Of a DNA stretch of 64,000 nucleotides, positions 11,801-29,760 are shown one piece after another (position 1 is the stretch's first letter; each line of letters begins with the position of its first letter). Position numbers and translations under genes: made by a program. Source of the stretch: Gracilinanus agilis (taxonomy: Eukaryota); NCBI RefSeq assembly GCF_016433145.1, contig NC_058131.1, positions 347,547,265 to 347,611,264 on the forward strand, written 5' to 3'. The notes beneath the pieces are model-generated. The model worked only from the letters and a program-made list of their open reading frames with translations, had not been told where the DNA came from and searched no databases.

Positions 11801-14448
11801 CCTTGAAGTTCTCTGTAGAAAAAATCAGCTGTAGTTGCTACTATTAGCCCTAATGGGACTCAAAATCTCTGGCCCCAAGTGGACCTCTTGGCCCAGTGAC
11901 CGTTCTTAAATGATAATGGTAAATCACCTGCCAAAGTACCACTTAGAGCCTGGTGGAGACAGTAGACGGTGATAAGTGGCCTCTGTGTCCAGAGATTGAT
12001 GCCAGCTTGGCGCCTAACATACCATTGTACATGTTTTCTTTTCTGTTAATAATAGTAATTAAGAGCCCTGTGTCCAACACATTCCCCCCCCCCGGGGGGG
12101 GGGGAGGCCNNNNNNNNNNNNNNNNNNNNNNNNNNNNNNNNNNNNNNNNNNNNNNNNNNNNNNNNNNNNNNNNNNNNNNNNNNNNNNNNNNNNNNNNNNN
12201 NNNNNNNNNNNNNNNNNNNNNNNNNNNNNNNNNNNNNNNNNNNNNNNNNNNNNNNNNNNNNNNATTAGTGTCCTCTTACCCTTCTCTCCCATCACCTCAG
12301 GGGAAGGGCAACCTAACTAATTCTAGGACTTCAGTCAATAACTGTTAACTTTACTCCTGGATGACTCTAATCTATACATGCCTTACTTACTGTGGAGACA
12401 TCTTTGAAGCCAGGGATGAGTCTCATTCATCTCTTCATTCCCTGTAGCCCATAACACCAGGCATGGTAGATAGGCCCTCAGGAAATGTCTGTGTATTCAA
12501 CAAACACAGAAGCTAGATGACCACTCCAAGGTATTGCAAAGGGGACTAAATGCCCTCCGAGCTTCTTTCTGGCTTGAAATTCTATAACTTTTTGTCCCAC
12601 TTGGGAAGCTTTTGATGCAAAGCCATGAGTTAGGCCCTGGAGGGATGACATGTTTTTTCAGAAAAATGTCATGTTTCTTGTTCTTATGGAGTGAGTAAGT
12701 AAAGGAGTGTTCCAAGCCTGACTTTGCCCTAACCTTTGGGAGGTGAGTGTGCAGAAGGCCTTACTGGAATGGGACCATTAGCTCAAGGTTTTCAGGGAGA
12801 AAAAGAGAAGAGTAAGTTCCTCCACTAGCTTGAGGTATTTCTGAGACCACAAGAGTTCTCTCTCCACACCCAGTGTGCAGCACACCTACCCTCCAGCGCC
12901 ACCACCACTGCCAGAGGCTGGGAAATAAAGGTCATTTAGTTTGACTCCCAACTCTTACAAGTGAGGAAACAGGCCTGAGAGTTTGAGTGATTTACCAAAG
13001 GTCACAAGGGTAATAAATAAGGCAAAACCAAACCAAGCACTCTGAGTCTCAATACAGCCCAATCTCTCCCAATCTCTTCTCTCCCTAGAACAGGGCCCTA
13101 GTCGGCGATCTCTCCGGAGACATGCTGGGGATACATAAAGCACTGAGATCCAGATATACAGGCATATATAAATATACATCTCCAGACATTATTATTGGTA
13201 CATGTTTGCACAGATACAGGTAGAAGCAGTGATATACATAATGCTACCCATATACTCAGATACAGGCACAGCACAGGTGCTAGTATATGTTCTGGAGTCA
13301 CTCTGGGCCTGACTCCTCCCCTGCCCCCTCCTCCAAATGCTAAGATTGTGAGATAGGGGCCTAATGAAGCCCCTGCTATCTCAGCTGCCCCAACAGGCAC
13401 CTCATTACCTCCCACAGTGTCTGGCTCTGCTTACTCAGCCCCCTGCCCCACAGCAACCTCCTCTTCTCTGCCTGGTCTGGCTGGAGAGGGAACAGGTACA
13501 AAGTCAGAGTCCTGGGCAGAATCACCGTGTGACCATGAACAGGTCTCTCTTTCCACCCAGGGCTTCAGTTCCTTAGGCTATGTGTGATGGGGAATAACCC
13601 CACCAAATTTTCCCAGGATTTTGGCTCCATGCAAATATCCTCATGTCCCTAGAGCCCCATTCCATCCAATCCAGGCCCTGCGAAGGCCAGACCTGTGCCT
13701 CTGTTCATTGATTCTGTTGGGCCCTAGAGGTGGACATCTTCTAAACTGGAGCAGCCTGGTGGTGGATTTCCTCTACCACCACCCTGCTCCCTGCAAAGTT
13801 GGCACAGCCTGGACTTGGCTAAGGAACCAAAATATTCACCTACTGTGGCCCCAGGCTGGCCTAGGAGGAAGACTTAGGTCTTAGAATAAGGACTTGACTG
13901 GGGATTGGAGGTCTGAGCCTATTGTGTTCTTACCCTAGGACAAGGTTTGTGCTATGAATAGCCAGGTTCAGAGGGATGCAGGGAGAGAGGGAGAAGAGGC
14001 AGTGGTCCTAGGTGTCTAGGTGTGTCAGTGTCTACATATATGCCAGTATGTATGTATTTGTGTACAAGCCCTTGGCATAAGGTGGGGTCTTCTGGACCAT
14101 GAAAGGGGACCGGATAGGAGCTCAGACTGGTGCTGACGCTGGGTAAGGGCCAAGGAGGGAACCACTGGCTCTCACCAATCCGCTCAGTGGGGTTTGGGCG
14201 AGTCCTGACAGCAGCGGGTGGGGCTGATCTGACAGGTTCCCCCAAAGTGGCCGGGGGCATCAGGGGCGGAGCCTGGCACAGACTTAGGGTGGCAGGATGG
14301 GACCAGCCCCCCCAGTGTGGGTGCGGCCACAGCACTTGCCTCTTCACATCTCTCCCTGTGGTAGTCTAGTAAGAGCGAGAAAGCATTGGTCATGGGGCGA
14401 CCAAGGCCCAAGGCTTGGTCCTTGGGGCTAAGGGTGCAATTTGGATAG

Positions 14449-19481
<5,033 letters not shown>

Positions 19482-20291
19482 GACCCCCTTGCCTGCCCCT
19501 TAGGCCCAAGCTCTGCAGAGAACTCATGAGGCTAGCCCCAGCTTTTCACTTGGCCTGAAGTGTCACAGGCCCAAAAACCAGAGACAAGTGTCATCAAAGG
19601 CCAACACTATTAATCCTTCAACCCTACTGACCCCCTACCTGACCCTGACCACTCCCCTTTCATCTAAAATTTCACTCTACTGATCCCAACTCCATTTCTG
19701 ACCTACTGACCCCTACCAGCTACACCACTATGGACTGTACTTATCCAGTGATAGCCCATCCCACTGAATCCCACCCACTGACTTGTGACCCTGCTGACGC
19801 TTTTTGACCTCAGCATACACAGGCCAACCAGTGTCTTCCATCCCCTTGTGCTTATTAACTGTTTTCCAGGTGTTGAGGTGGAGGGTGGGGAGATGGAGAA
19901 GATTATCCTAAGGTAGTGAGCTCCCCGTCATTAGTGGAACCCTATCTGAACAAGGATTCATTACCTTCTGAGGTCCCTAACCCAAAAGGAGCATATATGA
20001 GGACAGCTAGGAGTCCAGAAGGTAAACCACCATATTAGTCATGCCTGACTCCTGGGGCTGCTTCTGGAATGAAGGGATTCAAGGATGGAAGAGGAGGATT
20101 AGAGGAGAACCCTAAAATGGTGGGGGGGGGGCACTCCAAGCCAAGAGGATGTCCTGAGCAGGGATCCAGCACCGTGTCTTGTCGGGCCTGACAAGCATAT
20201 GTGTACATGTAAGCCCCCTCCCACACAGGATCACATAGGACAACCCCTTTCCCTGAGCCACATACACGGATGTCAGTGGGAAATGAACGCA

Positions 20292-20297
20292 AATAAA
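20292..20297 (+). terminator. FAM83C polyadenylation signal AATAAA
   Basis: First AATAAA I found downstream of the FAM83C stop, ~810 nt into the 3'UTR. Confidence 0.65.
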
Positions 20298-20639
20298 CTT
20301 AAGTTCCTGGCCAACGACGCTCTACTGGTGTGATCTGTGGGACTCTGGGGTTGGGGACTTAGACCCCTTCCCAGCCAGCCTGGGAAAGTCACCTGGGGCT
20401 CCTTTGAAAGATGAACCCGGGGAAGGTTGGCAGGAGATGGGAGAAGAGCCTGAGAGGTAGTGGGCGGGCCTGGGAGGCGTGGTGGGGGTGGGGCGGAATA
20501 GCTGGGGAAGGGTTGGGGTGGTGATGACGTGAAGAACCGGAAGGGGCGGGTCTCCAGCAGAGAAGTGACCTGAGCGGATTGAAGTAGGTGGTAGTTTCTG
20601 CGTTCCTCGGCTCGCTCTCCCCTCGGTTCCGCCTTGCTG

Positions 20640-20777
20640 TGGATTGGGAACCACTGAGTGGTCCCGAAGTCCTTGGCCAGAGCGGCCCCATAGTGAGGGG
20701 CGTTCGTCCCGGAAGTCTCAACTCAAGGGCGGAAACGGAAGCGAATTACGAGCGCCTCGTGCCAGAGCTTTTACCCG
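20640..20777 (+). other. EIF6: EIF6 non-coding exon 1 (5' end approximate)
   Basis: Strong donor ccg|GTGAGC at 20778; G-rich 212-nt intron to the acceptor ctcAG at 20988-20989, five nt before the ATG. Confidence 0.65.
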
Positions 20778-20994
20778 GTGAGCCGGGCCTGGCGGTGGGA
20801 TCTGAGAGGGTAGAGTCGGAGGAGGAGGAGGAGGGAGGAGCCGGGGATCGACCAGTGCTGCCGAGCCGAGGCTGCTTCAGGGGACGGCGGGCTTGGGGGG
20901 AGGGGGGAGGGGACAGGGAGGGGGAATCCCGAACGGGCCGCAGGTTCTGGCGGAGGGCGGCTCCCTGACGGCCTAACCCCCGTCCTCAGGCCCC

Positions 20995-21101
20995 ATGGCG
21001 GTCCGAGCGTCTTTCGAGAACAACTGCGAGATCGGCTGCTTCGCCAAGCTCACCAACACCTATTGCCTAGTGGCCATCGGTGGCTCGGAGAACTTTTACA
21101 G
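20995..21101 (+). CDS. EIF6: EIF6 coding exon (exon 2)
   Basis: [10 protein letters not shown]...ENFY(S); donor GTGGGA. Confidence 0.96.
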
Positions 21102-24100
21102 GTGGGACTCGCTGAGCCAGGGAGGGGGGGGGGGGCCTGCCCGGCGTCATCCTGGTCATCCTTTCATTGGATTCCGGGTCCCAGCTCTGGGCCTCAGTTT
21201 CCTCCATCTTTACCATGGGAATGGTTGTTTTTTACCCTTAACTTAGCTTTCACCTTAGCTTTCAAAAGGCATTGGAAAGAGCTCTTAGAAGGAAGCCTGA
21301 GTGAATAAGTTACTAAGGCCTATTTTAATTCTAAAGGTAGGATCCTAAGATCCTGGAGGGGTGTGGCCAACCGGGGAGGGAGGGGAGAAGGGAAAAGCCC
21401 AGCAGCACCAGAGAAGAGTCACCTTGGTACCTTCTGGGGTGTCATTCAGTGACTTGTGGGCCGACTGTATGTTCACAGTGTGTTTGAAGGCGAGCTCTCA
21501 GAGACCATTCCAGTGGTACACGCTTCCATCGCTGGCTGCAGAATCATTGGTCGCATGTGTGTGGGTACGTCAGGCCCAGAAGGCCTGGGCAGAGGGGCAA
21601 GGGTGGGGTTTATGGGGAGGATGATACAAAGGTCCTTATGACTCATAATATTCCCAGCCTTTAGTGAATCATCTCTTGTGCAATAAGGATTTTCAAGCAG
21701 ACCTTTTGGATTTTCACTGCATTGAGTTGTGATCAACAATGGTGTTAGTCATGCTGGACCTGCCTGTGGAGTTTTTCAGTCAGAGAATCCATTCAAAGTT
21801 GAAGTAGCTGGTGTTACAGTTGGGGATAATATTTGAGTATTTTACTTCCTAGCCTCCCACACTTCCTTTCCCTGAGTCTGAAGTGGATAGGAATCTGAGA
21901 TAATAAATTTGGTATCTTAGGAACGAAATTAATTATTAAAACAATTGTCAGGACATTGCACATTTTGATTTCTTGCCAAGCCATTTGGTATCCACATGAT
22001 TATGGGAATTCATTTTCATTGGTTGAATTTGTTGCTTGAATCTTTTAAAAACTAGTTACTTCCTATTTCAGATACCTGTGCTAAGTGCTAAGACAAGTAA
22101 TCTCATCCTCAGTATTGAAGATGAAAAAGGGAGGGTGGGCATGGGGCCCTGTGGTACCAGGTCAGGAGATAGCAAGTCCTTTTATGAAAGGACAACCTGG
22201 AAGAAGATAAGGGTGATGCTTCTGTGCCTCCTCTCTCCCCAACTTAGTGGATGTTTCCTTCTGGCTCTCACCAGGAAATCGACATGGCCTTCTTGTGCCC
22301 AACAATACTACAGACCAGGAACTACAGCACATCCGAAATAGTCTCCCTGACTCCGTGCAGATCCGACGGGTAGAAGAACGGCTCTCAGCACTGGGCAATG
22401 TTACCACCTGTAATGACTATGTAGCTCTCGTTCACCCAGACCTGGACAGGGTAAGGAGGAGATTCATTATAGTCCCTAGATAGTCTGTTTTAAGAGTCTC
22501 TCAGAAGCATTTGGGTTCTAGAAACAGTCATCAACAAAAATAAAGTGATGTATGGAATCTTCTTTGTAAAATAAGGTCTCATCCAGCTTTAATTCACTGA
22601 TTCCTGTGCAGAGCTATGGTGAAAAAGATTAGATAGATATGGTCCTTACCTCCTAAGAAACTTCTCATCCAGATAGGGAGAGCAACTAAATACATAAGAG
22701 GGACGTTTGAGCTGTAGTCATTTAGGGAAATACCTCTAAAGTTACATATGACTTGAAATGGAGAAAAACCACAATCTGATTCCAAAGCAGGGCTTTTGGA
22801 AATGGGATATGTAGTCTTTCATTAACATTTGTTTTGAAGAATAGATACTTGTATAAAAGTGTTTGGTTTTGAAGTCAGAACTTGGGCTTAAATCTCAGTT
22901 CTGTTATTACCAGTGTGAAGATGGAAAATTAACTTAACCTCTCCAGGCCTCAATTCCTATCTGTAATGAGGGGGTAGGAGGTTGGATCTTCAACTCCCTT
23001 TCTGTTCCAGATCTGTCATCTTATGAATGTTTTGGCACAGAGCTGGGCTGGGGGGAGGTACTGTGGTAGTGACCAGCCCCCAGCACCTTTGCCAAACCTG
23101 CTGAGGGTTATCAGTCTAGAGCCCTATTGCAGCTCTAGAGAAGTAAATTGGTCACTTATGGTTGTCTCCATATCTCAATATTGACTGAACATGTATATAG
23201 CCAAATATCCCTTTCTTTTTTTGGTGGGAATGTGGATGCTGATAAATATGAAGACATTGAAGGCCTGGTGGTTTCTTCACACTTTGATAAGCTTGGTTTC
23301 TGAACTGTGCTTGTGAACTCACAGGAGACAGAAGAAATTCTAGCTGATGTGCTTAAGGTCGAAGTCTTCAGACAGACAGTGGCTGATCAGGTGCTGGTGG
23401 GGAGCTACTGTGTTTTTAGCAATCAGGGAGGGCTGGTGCATCCAAAGACTTCCATTGAGGACCAAGATGAATTGTCCTCTCTTCTCCAAGTCCCGCTGGT
23501 GGTAAGTACCTTTCCCTCTGCCCTCAGGCCCAACTTGACCTGATTTCTGCAGTTATAGCTAGAGCTAATCCTGATATTTCAGAGCTGAGTCACCATCCTA
23601 TAGCCTAATGAGGCAAAGATGTTCAGAGTTTCCCACCCCATCTCATAAAAGCAAAACCAGCTAAAACTTGCCTTTTGCCAAGTGGGGCATCAATCACCTT
23701 AGGCTTGGCTGCTATTTTATGATTGGCCAGGGATGGGAGCAGCTGTGAGCATGAGGAGTAGGTGTGGAGGCTGCTGCATGGTCCTCGGTGCATTCCCTCC
23801 ATCAATCTGGGAAGAAGTAACATCTTAGAAATTGAAGCTCTGGATTGTCAGCCATTTGATCACTTTTTAATGATTCTCCAATATTATCTTAATGATCCCC
23901 AAAAAATTCTGGGTACTATTTTACCCAACCTGAGATACAGAAGTAAAAATGTGTATACCCCTGGGAGTAGTCATCTAATATGGACAGGTGCCTTTATGAC
24001 CTTGAAATCATTAGAAACATCAGGCAAAAAGTGAAAGGATAACTCCATAAAGGCCTCTAGTATTGATGATGTCCGGGATTGAGGACAGCTCTGTAGGCCT

Positions 24101-25228
24101 CTCAGCTTTGGAAAATCACTGTCCACATTAAAAACATTGAAGAGGGGGCAGCTGGGTAGCTCAGTGGATTGAGAGCCAGGTCCAGAAATGGTAGGTCCTA
24201 GGTTCAAATTTGGCTTCAGACACTTCCTAGCTCCATGATCCTGGACAAGTCACTTCACCCCCATTGCCTAGCCCTTACCATTATTCTGCCTTGGAACCAA
24301 TACACAGTATTGATTCTAAGATGGAAGGTATGTGTATAAAGTGGGTGGGGGACCTGTTGAAGAGAGGAACTTAAGGTACACACGGTTCTCTGGCAGGCTG
24401 GTACTGTGAACCGGGGAAGTGAGGTGATTGCAGCTGGAATGGTGGTCAACGACTGGTGTGCCTTCTGTGGGCTGGACACAACTAGCACAGAGCTGTCAGT
24501 GGTAGAGAGCGTTTTCAAACTTAATGAAGCCCAACCCAGCACCATTGCCACCAGCATGAGAGATTCCCTCATTGACAGGTGAGTGATTATTGTGACTGCA
24601 GCTGATTCCTAGCATTCTTAAAGGTTTTTATGGATTGATATGGGCTAAACCAAAGAAATCTGTTCATTTATAATGTGGGCCCCACCTGTGTCGATAAAAT
24701 AATTCATTAGGTTCCCAGGCATTCCCCTGTAGTTCCCAGGGACTGGGTACAGCTTAGCTTTCCAAGCATTTAGCTAATGACCAAGAAACAAGAGCACACA
24801 GTTCATTCATAGGTTTTTTTCTAGAATTCCCTATAAATAATCACAAGCTTTGTGCCCCAAACAAGGAACGGATATTTAAGGGTATTCTCCCAGAAGAGCT
24901 AGAGGTTTCTTTAGAGCAGGGAATTCTTAAGCTGAGGTCCATGGGCAAATTTCAGAGTATCCTTGAATTTAGATGGGGAAGAAAATGACATCTTTTTATT
25001 TTTAATTAGTCATTAATTGTAATTTAGCATTTTCTTCAATTAAAGTATTAAAATGTTATTCTCAGAATGGATGCCTAGGCTTCACCAGATTGTCAAAAAA
25101 AATGACCCCCAAAAAGTGTATATAACTGCGATAGTGTAAGGGAGTTTGGGGATTAGCTGAAGGAAGAGTAATTGTGCAACAGACCTTTTTTTTTTTTTTT
25201 TTCTTTCCTTTTTCCCAGTTTAACTTGA
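20995..25228 (+). CDS. EIF6: EIF6 (eukaryotic translation initiation factor 6), join(20995-21101,21479-21564,22275-22450,23325-23501,24397-24578,25219-25228), 738 nt, 245 aa
   Basis: [36 protein letters not shown]...[14 protein letters not shown]; all GT-AG; exon lengths 107/86/176/177/182/10 sum to 246 codons. Confidence 0.98.
21479..21564 (+). CDS. EIF6: EIF6 exon 3
   Basis: ttcacAG; [28 protein letters not shown](G); donor GTACGT. Confidence 0.96.
22275..22450 (+). CDS. EIF6: EIF6 exon 4
   Basis: ctcaccAG; [10 protein letters not shown]...HPDLDR; donor GTAAGG. Confidence 0.96.
23325..23501 (+). CDS. EIF6: EIF6 exon 5
   Basis: ctcacAG; [17 protein letters not shown]...LQVPLV; donor GTAAGT. 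Confidence 0.96.
24144..24330 (+). mobile_element. SINE1-like in EIF6 intron 5
   Basis: gggggcagctgggtagctcagtgg head, B box, typical body. Confidence 0.85.
24397..24578 (+). CDS. EIF6: EIF6 exon 6
   Basis: tctggcAG; [14 protein letters not shown]...SMRDSLID(S); donor GTGAGT. Confidence 0.96.
25219..25228 (+). CDS. EIF6: EIF6 exon 7 (10 coding nt)
   Basis: Long poly-T tract plus cccAG, then t-tta-act-tga = (S)LT*. Confidence 0.92.
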
Positions 25229-25482
25229 GTGATTCTATTATCCCTGCTGCCTGGCCTCTTGAATAAGGACCTTGGTTCCTGCTACAGCTCCAGTATGGCT
25301 TGAAGCCCTGCAGAGAGAGTCTTTACATCTGCACTTTGGAGCTTGGACCTGTGGGGAATCTAAAAAAGCTTCCAGGATTGATTTCCTGTAACTTCATTTT
25401 TACTGTTTAAAAAAAAAAAAAAATCCTTAAATGAATTCACCTTGGCTCTTTGATCTCCACTATCCTTTTGCCCTATTCCATC

Positions 25483-25488
25483 ATTAAA
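25483..25488 (+). terminator. Probable EIF6 polyA signal ATTAAA
   Basis: ATTAAA 255 nt after the stop, followed by GU/U-rich sequence (ttgttctgtactttgtt). Confidence 0.55.
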
Positions 25489-26482
25489 AGGCACTTGGGG
25501 CCCCTTGTTCTGTACTTTGTTATCCTGGCTGCCTGAAATTATTGAAAAGGGACTCTTGCTCTGGGGAGGAAGGATACTCTTAGGAAGGATTCTTACTTTT
25601 GGTCCTTGCTCTCAAAGGGCTTAGGAACTTCACAGATAATCAATAATGGATGCAAAGGAGGGATCCAGGAAATACTTTGAAAAATTGATTAGAAAACACT
25701 GACAGGGGCAGCTAAGTGGCTTAGTGAATTGAGGAGTAGGCCTAGAGACATGAAGGTTCTACTTTATTTTTTCTTTTAAAAACCCTTATCTTCTGTCTTG
25801 CAATCAATACTACTTCTCAGGCACTTTCTAGCTGTGTGCCCCCTGGCAAGTCACTTAACTCCTGGTGCCTAGCCCTCACCACTCTTCTGCCTCTGTGGAA
25901 CCAATATACAGTATTGATTCTAAGATGGAAGGTAAGGGTTTAAAAAAAAAAAAAAAAGTCACCTTCACCTAATGGTCTAAGGCTTCATGGATAAAGTATT
26001 TGGTTTGGACCTTAATGGAAAGAACATCAGCAGATGGAGATAACTTGGAGAGCCCACACCAGGCAGTGGCATGAGCTTAGTATAGGAAAAGAAATTTGGA
26101 TAGTAGTGTAGACTAGTCAAGTCAAGCATTTTTTTTTATTAAGCCCCCATTATGTGCCAGGCACTGTTAAGCACTGGGGACATATACAAGGCAAGACAAA
26201 AACACCACACCATCCTTGTCCTCAAGGATACCATGTTTTTGTTTTTTGTTTTTGTTTTTTCTTTTCAAAAAGTCTTTATTCAGTCAGCTGCCCTTGGGAT
26301 TCTTTTTTTTGAAAAATTTTATTTAATTAATTTAGAATATATTTCCATGGTTACATGATTCTCTTTCTCTCCCCTCCTCCTAACCCCAGCCACCCAGCAA
26401 TTCTACTGGATTTTACATGTGTCATTGATCAAGTCTTATTTTTCCATATTATTAATATTTGCATTAGGGTGATCATTTAGAG

Positions 26483-26647
26483 CAGTGATTCCCAAAGTAG
26501 GCGCCACTGCCCCCTGGTGGATGCTGCAGCAATCCAGGGAAGCGGTGATGGCCACAGTTGCATTTGGGGGTGGTGAATAACTGTAAGGGGGCGGTAATAT
26601 TTTTTCTGGAAAGGGGACTGTAGGCCAAAAAAGTTTGGGAACCACTG
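26483..26647. mobile_element. hAT-Charlie-type MITE (copy A) inserted in an L1 3' fragment
   Basis: TIR cagtgattcccaaa / tttgggaaccactg; 8-bp TSD atttagag / gtttagag. Confidence 0.85.
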
Positions 26648-27310
26648 GTTTAGAGTCTACAAAGGATCTCTGTTCTAATGGGAGAAATCACATTCTAATA
26701 GCTATGGGAATACAAGATATATACAGTAAATGGGAGGTAATCTCAGAGTTGGTGGGACCAGAAAGGCCCCCTGAAAAAAGGTGGGATTTAAGCAGAGCCT
26801 TAGGGAATGTCAGGGAGTTGGAGGCTCAATTGAGAAAAGAGCCTGTGAGGCATTTAGTAGTATTACAAATGCTGAGAGATGTGCAAAGAACAGCAAGTAG
26901 GTAGTAGGTTAGTATATCTGGATTGTACAATTCCTAGAGCAGCAGTGTGTTGAAGATTCAAAAGTAGAAAGATGCCAGATTGTGAAGGGCTTTAAATGAC
27001 AAAACAATAGTTTCCATTTTATCCTAGAGCTTAATAGGGAACAATGAGTTTTGCCTGCACCCTTTTCCTTCCCTCTCCAAATGATAGTTTCTTGTGGTTT
27101 GGGAAAATCATTGGCACCTGAGGCTAGTTTTGATGGAATTTAACTTGTAGTGAGGCTGGAACTCTGATAGGTTAGTCGGGTTGTGGTAGTCCTTGAGTGC
27201 CAGAAACAGGAGTTAATACATTGTTTATTTAGTGGGTATTAACATTTTTGAATGGGACAATGATATGATCAGAATAGTGCTTTAGAAGATTACCGGAGGA
27301 AGGTGAGGAG

Positions 27311-27501
27311 GGACAGCTGGTGGATTGAAAACCAGGCCTAGAGATGGGAGATCCTGGGTTCAAATGTACCCTCAGAGACACTTCCTAGCTGTACAACTGG
27401 GCAAGTCATTTAATCCTTCTTGCCTAGACCTTACCACTTCTGCCTTGGAACCAAGATGCAGTATTGATTATAAGAAGGAAAGTATGGGTTAAAAAAAAAA
27501 A
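27311..27501 (+). mobile_element. SINE1-like
   Basis: gggacagctggtgg head, B box, tail gggttaaaaaaa. Confidence 0.75.
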
Positions 27502-28379
27502 GTCCAACAGCTCAGATGGATGGATTGAGAGAATTTGGTTAAAGAACATTAATTAGAGTGGTTACAGTGAAAGGAGTTGGGGACTGTTAAGAGAGGAGCC
27601 AGCATCTTTTTGGGGGTGGGCTAGAAGGAAGTTTTGAGTCAGGATTCCACAAAGGTGATTTCCACAAGTACCTTGATCTCTTGACCCTGAAGTCCCTCAC
27701 CAGAACTCCTCAGTTTGATTCCTGTATGAGGTCATCCTTTTCAGATCTGAACTTAAAATCTCCCTCTCCTAACTTCATTAAGGTTTCTAACCTTGGTTTT
27801 GGAAAACATTGTGTTAGAGCCAATGACATTTTCTCCTCATTTGCCTTTGGATTCTCCCTCCCAATCTAAGTGATGGAAAGGATACTGGGGGGTCTAGAGA
27901 CTAGTTTTAGTCCCAATTTGGCCATTTAATTTCATGAACTTGATAAGTCTTTTTTTCTCTGTTGCCCCAATTTGCCCTTCTATAAAAAAAGATAGGCAGG
28001 ATGGTTGGACTCTAAAGATGCTTCAGCCCTAATCTTTGTAACTCTTAGCTTCTCCCTCCCAGGAGAGTTTGGGTAGTGGATCTGCTGTGGTTTCTTTCCT
28101 TACTTTCAACTGATTTTTTTTAAAACCCATACTTTCTGTCTTAGAATGGACATAATGATTGGGCATTTGGGGTTAAATGACTTGCCCAGGGTCACACAAT
28201 TAGGAAGCATCTATCCACCGCACTACCTAGTTGCCCCAAGGTCCAACCGATTTTAAACTTGAGTCCAAATAAAAAGTGAGTTCAAAGGCACGAAAAGAGA
28301 GCTGGAGTTTTAAATCTTACTAAAGAACACAGCCTGAGGGACTTTTTGGGGGTGCGGGCAGGTTGGAAGCCTCCCAGTC

Positions 28380-29330
<951 letters not shown>

Positions 29331-29754
29331 GACATCCCTGTTGTCGCCTTGCCTGCACATTTACTCGTAATCCTTAGAGCCCTTTAGTCCCTGGAAATTT
29401 AGTTCTCCTGGATTGGCCAGCCTCTCCTCTAGACACTAATCCCCACCAACAAAGGTGCAGAGGTCCTCCACTTACCCTCTCCCCCGTACACACTGACACC
29501 CCCACCCACCCCCAGCTTCTCAGGTTATTGTTTTCTTAGTGTGAAGCACCACCTTTCTCACCCTCCCATAGGATGGTAAATTTCTCTGGTCTTCAGTTGT
29601 CCATGGGGCTCCAAAAGCATTACTCCAATCTCCCCAACTCCTCTGTTCCTCCCCAATCAGCATTCATTTTCCAAGGATACTGTATCATTTGGGCCCTACA
29701 GGGTCAAGTCTCTTGTCCTCCTCTCCAGAAAAGTGACAGTCTGTATATTTTCAT

Positions 29755-29760
29755 TTTATT
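29755..29760 (-). terminator. Probable MMP24 polyA signal (AATAAA on -)
   Basis: Only canonical minus-strand AATAAA I found between the MMP24 stop and MMP24OS. It sits in an AT-rich 3'-end-like block with a U-rich element downstream (tgtcacttttct). Confidence 0.65.

Larger units (their letters stand above)
20450..21180 (+). promoter_or_regulatory. EIF6 CpG-island promoter
   Basis: CpG-dense; GC boxes GGGCGG at 20462, 20491, 20544; CRE-like TGACGTGA 20525-20532; ETS CCGGAAGT 20709-20716. Confidence 0.8.

Noticed and set aside
12647-12676. Two p53/p63-like half sites (tgacatgttt, tgtcatgttt) upstream of FAM83C
   Set aside because: One and two mismatches with a 10-nt spacer; too weak to call without ChIP data.
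21421-21478. Upstream alternative acceptor (ttcAG at ~21449) in EIF6 intron 2
   Set aside because: The next codons include an in-frame TGA; the 21479 acceptor yields the canonical 245-aa protein.
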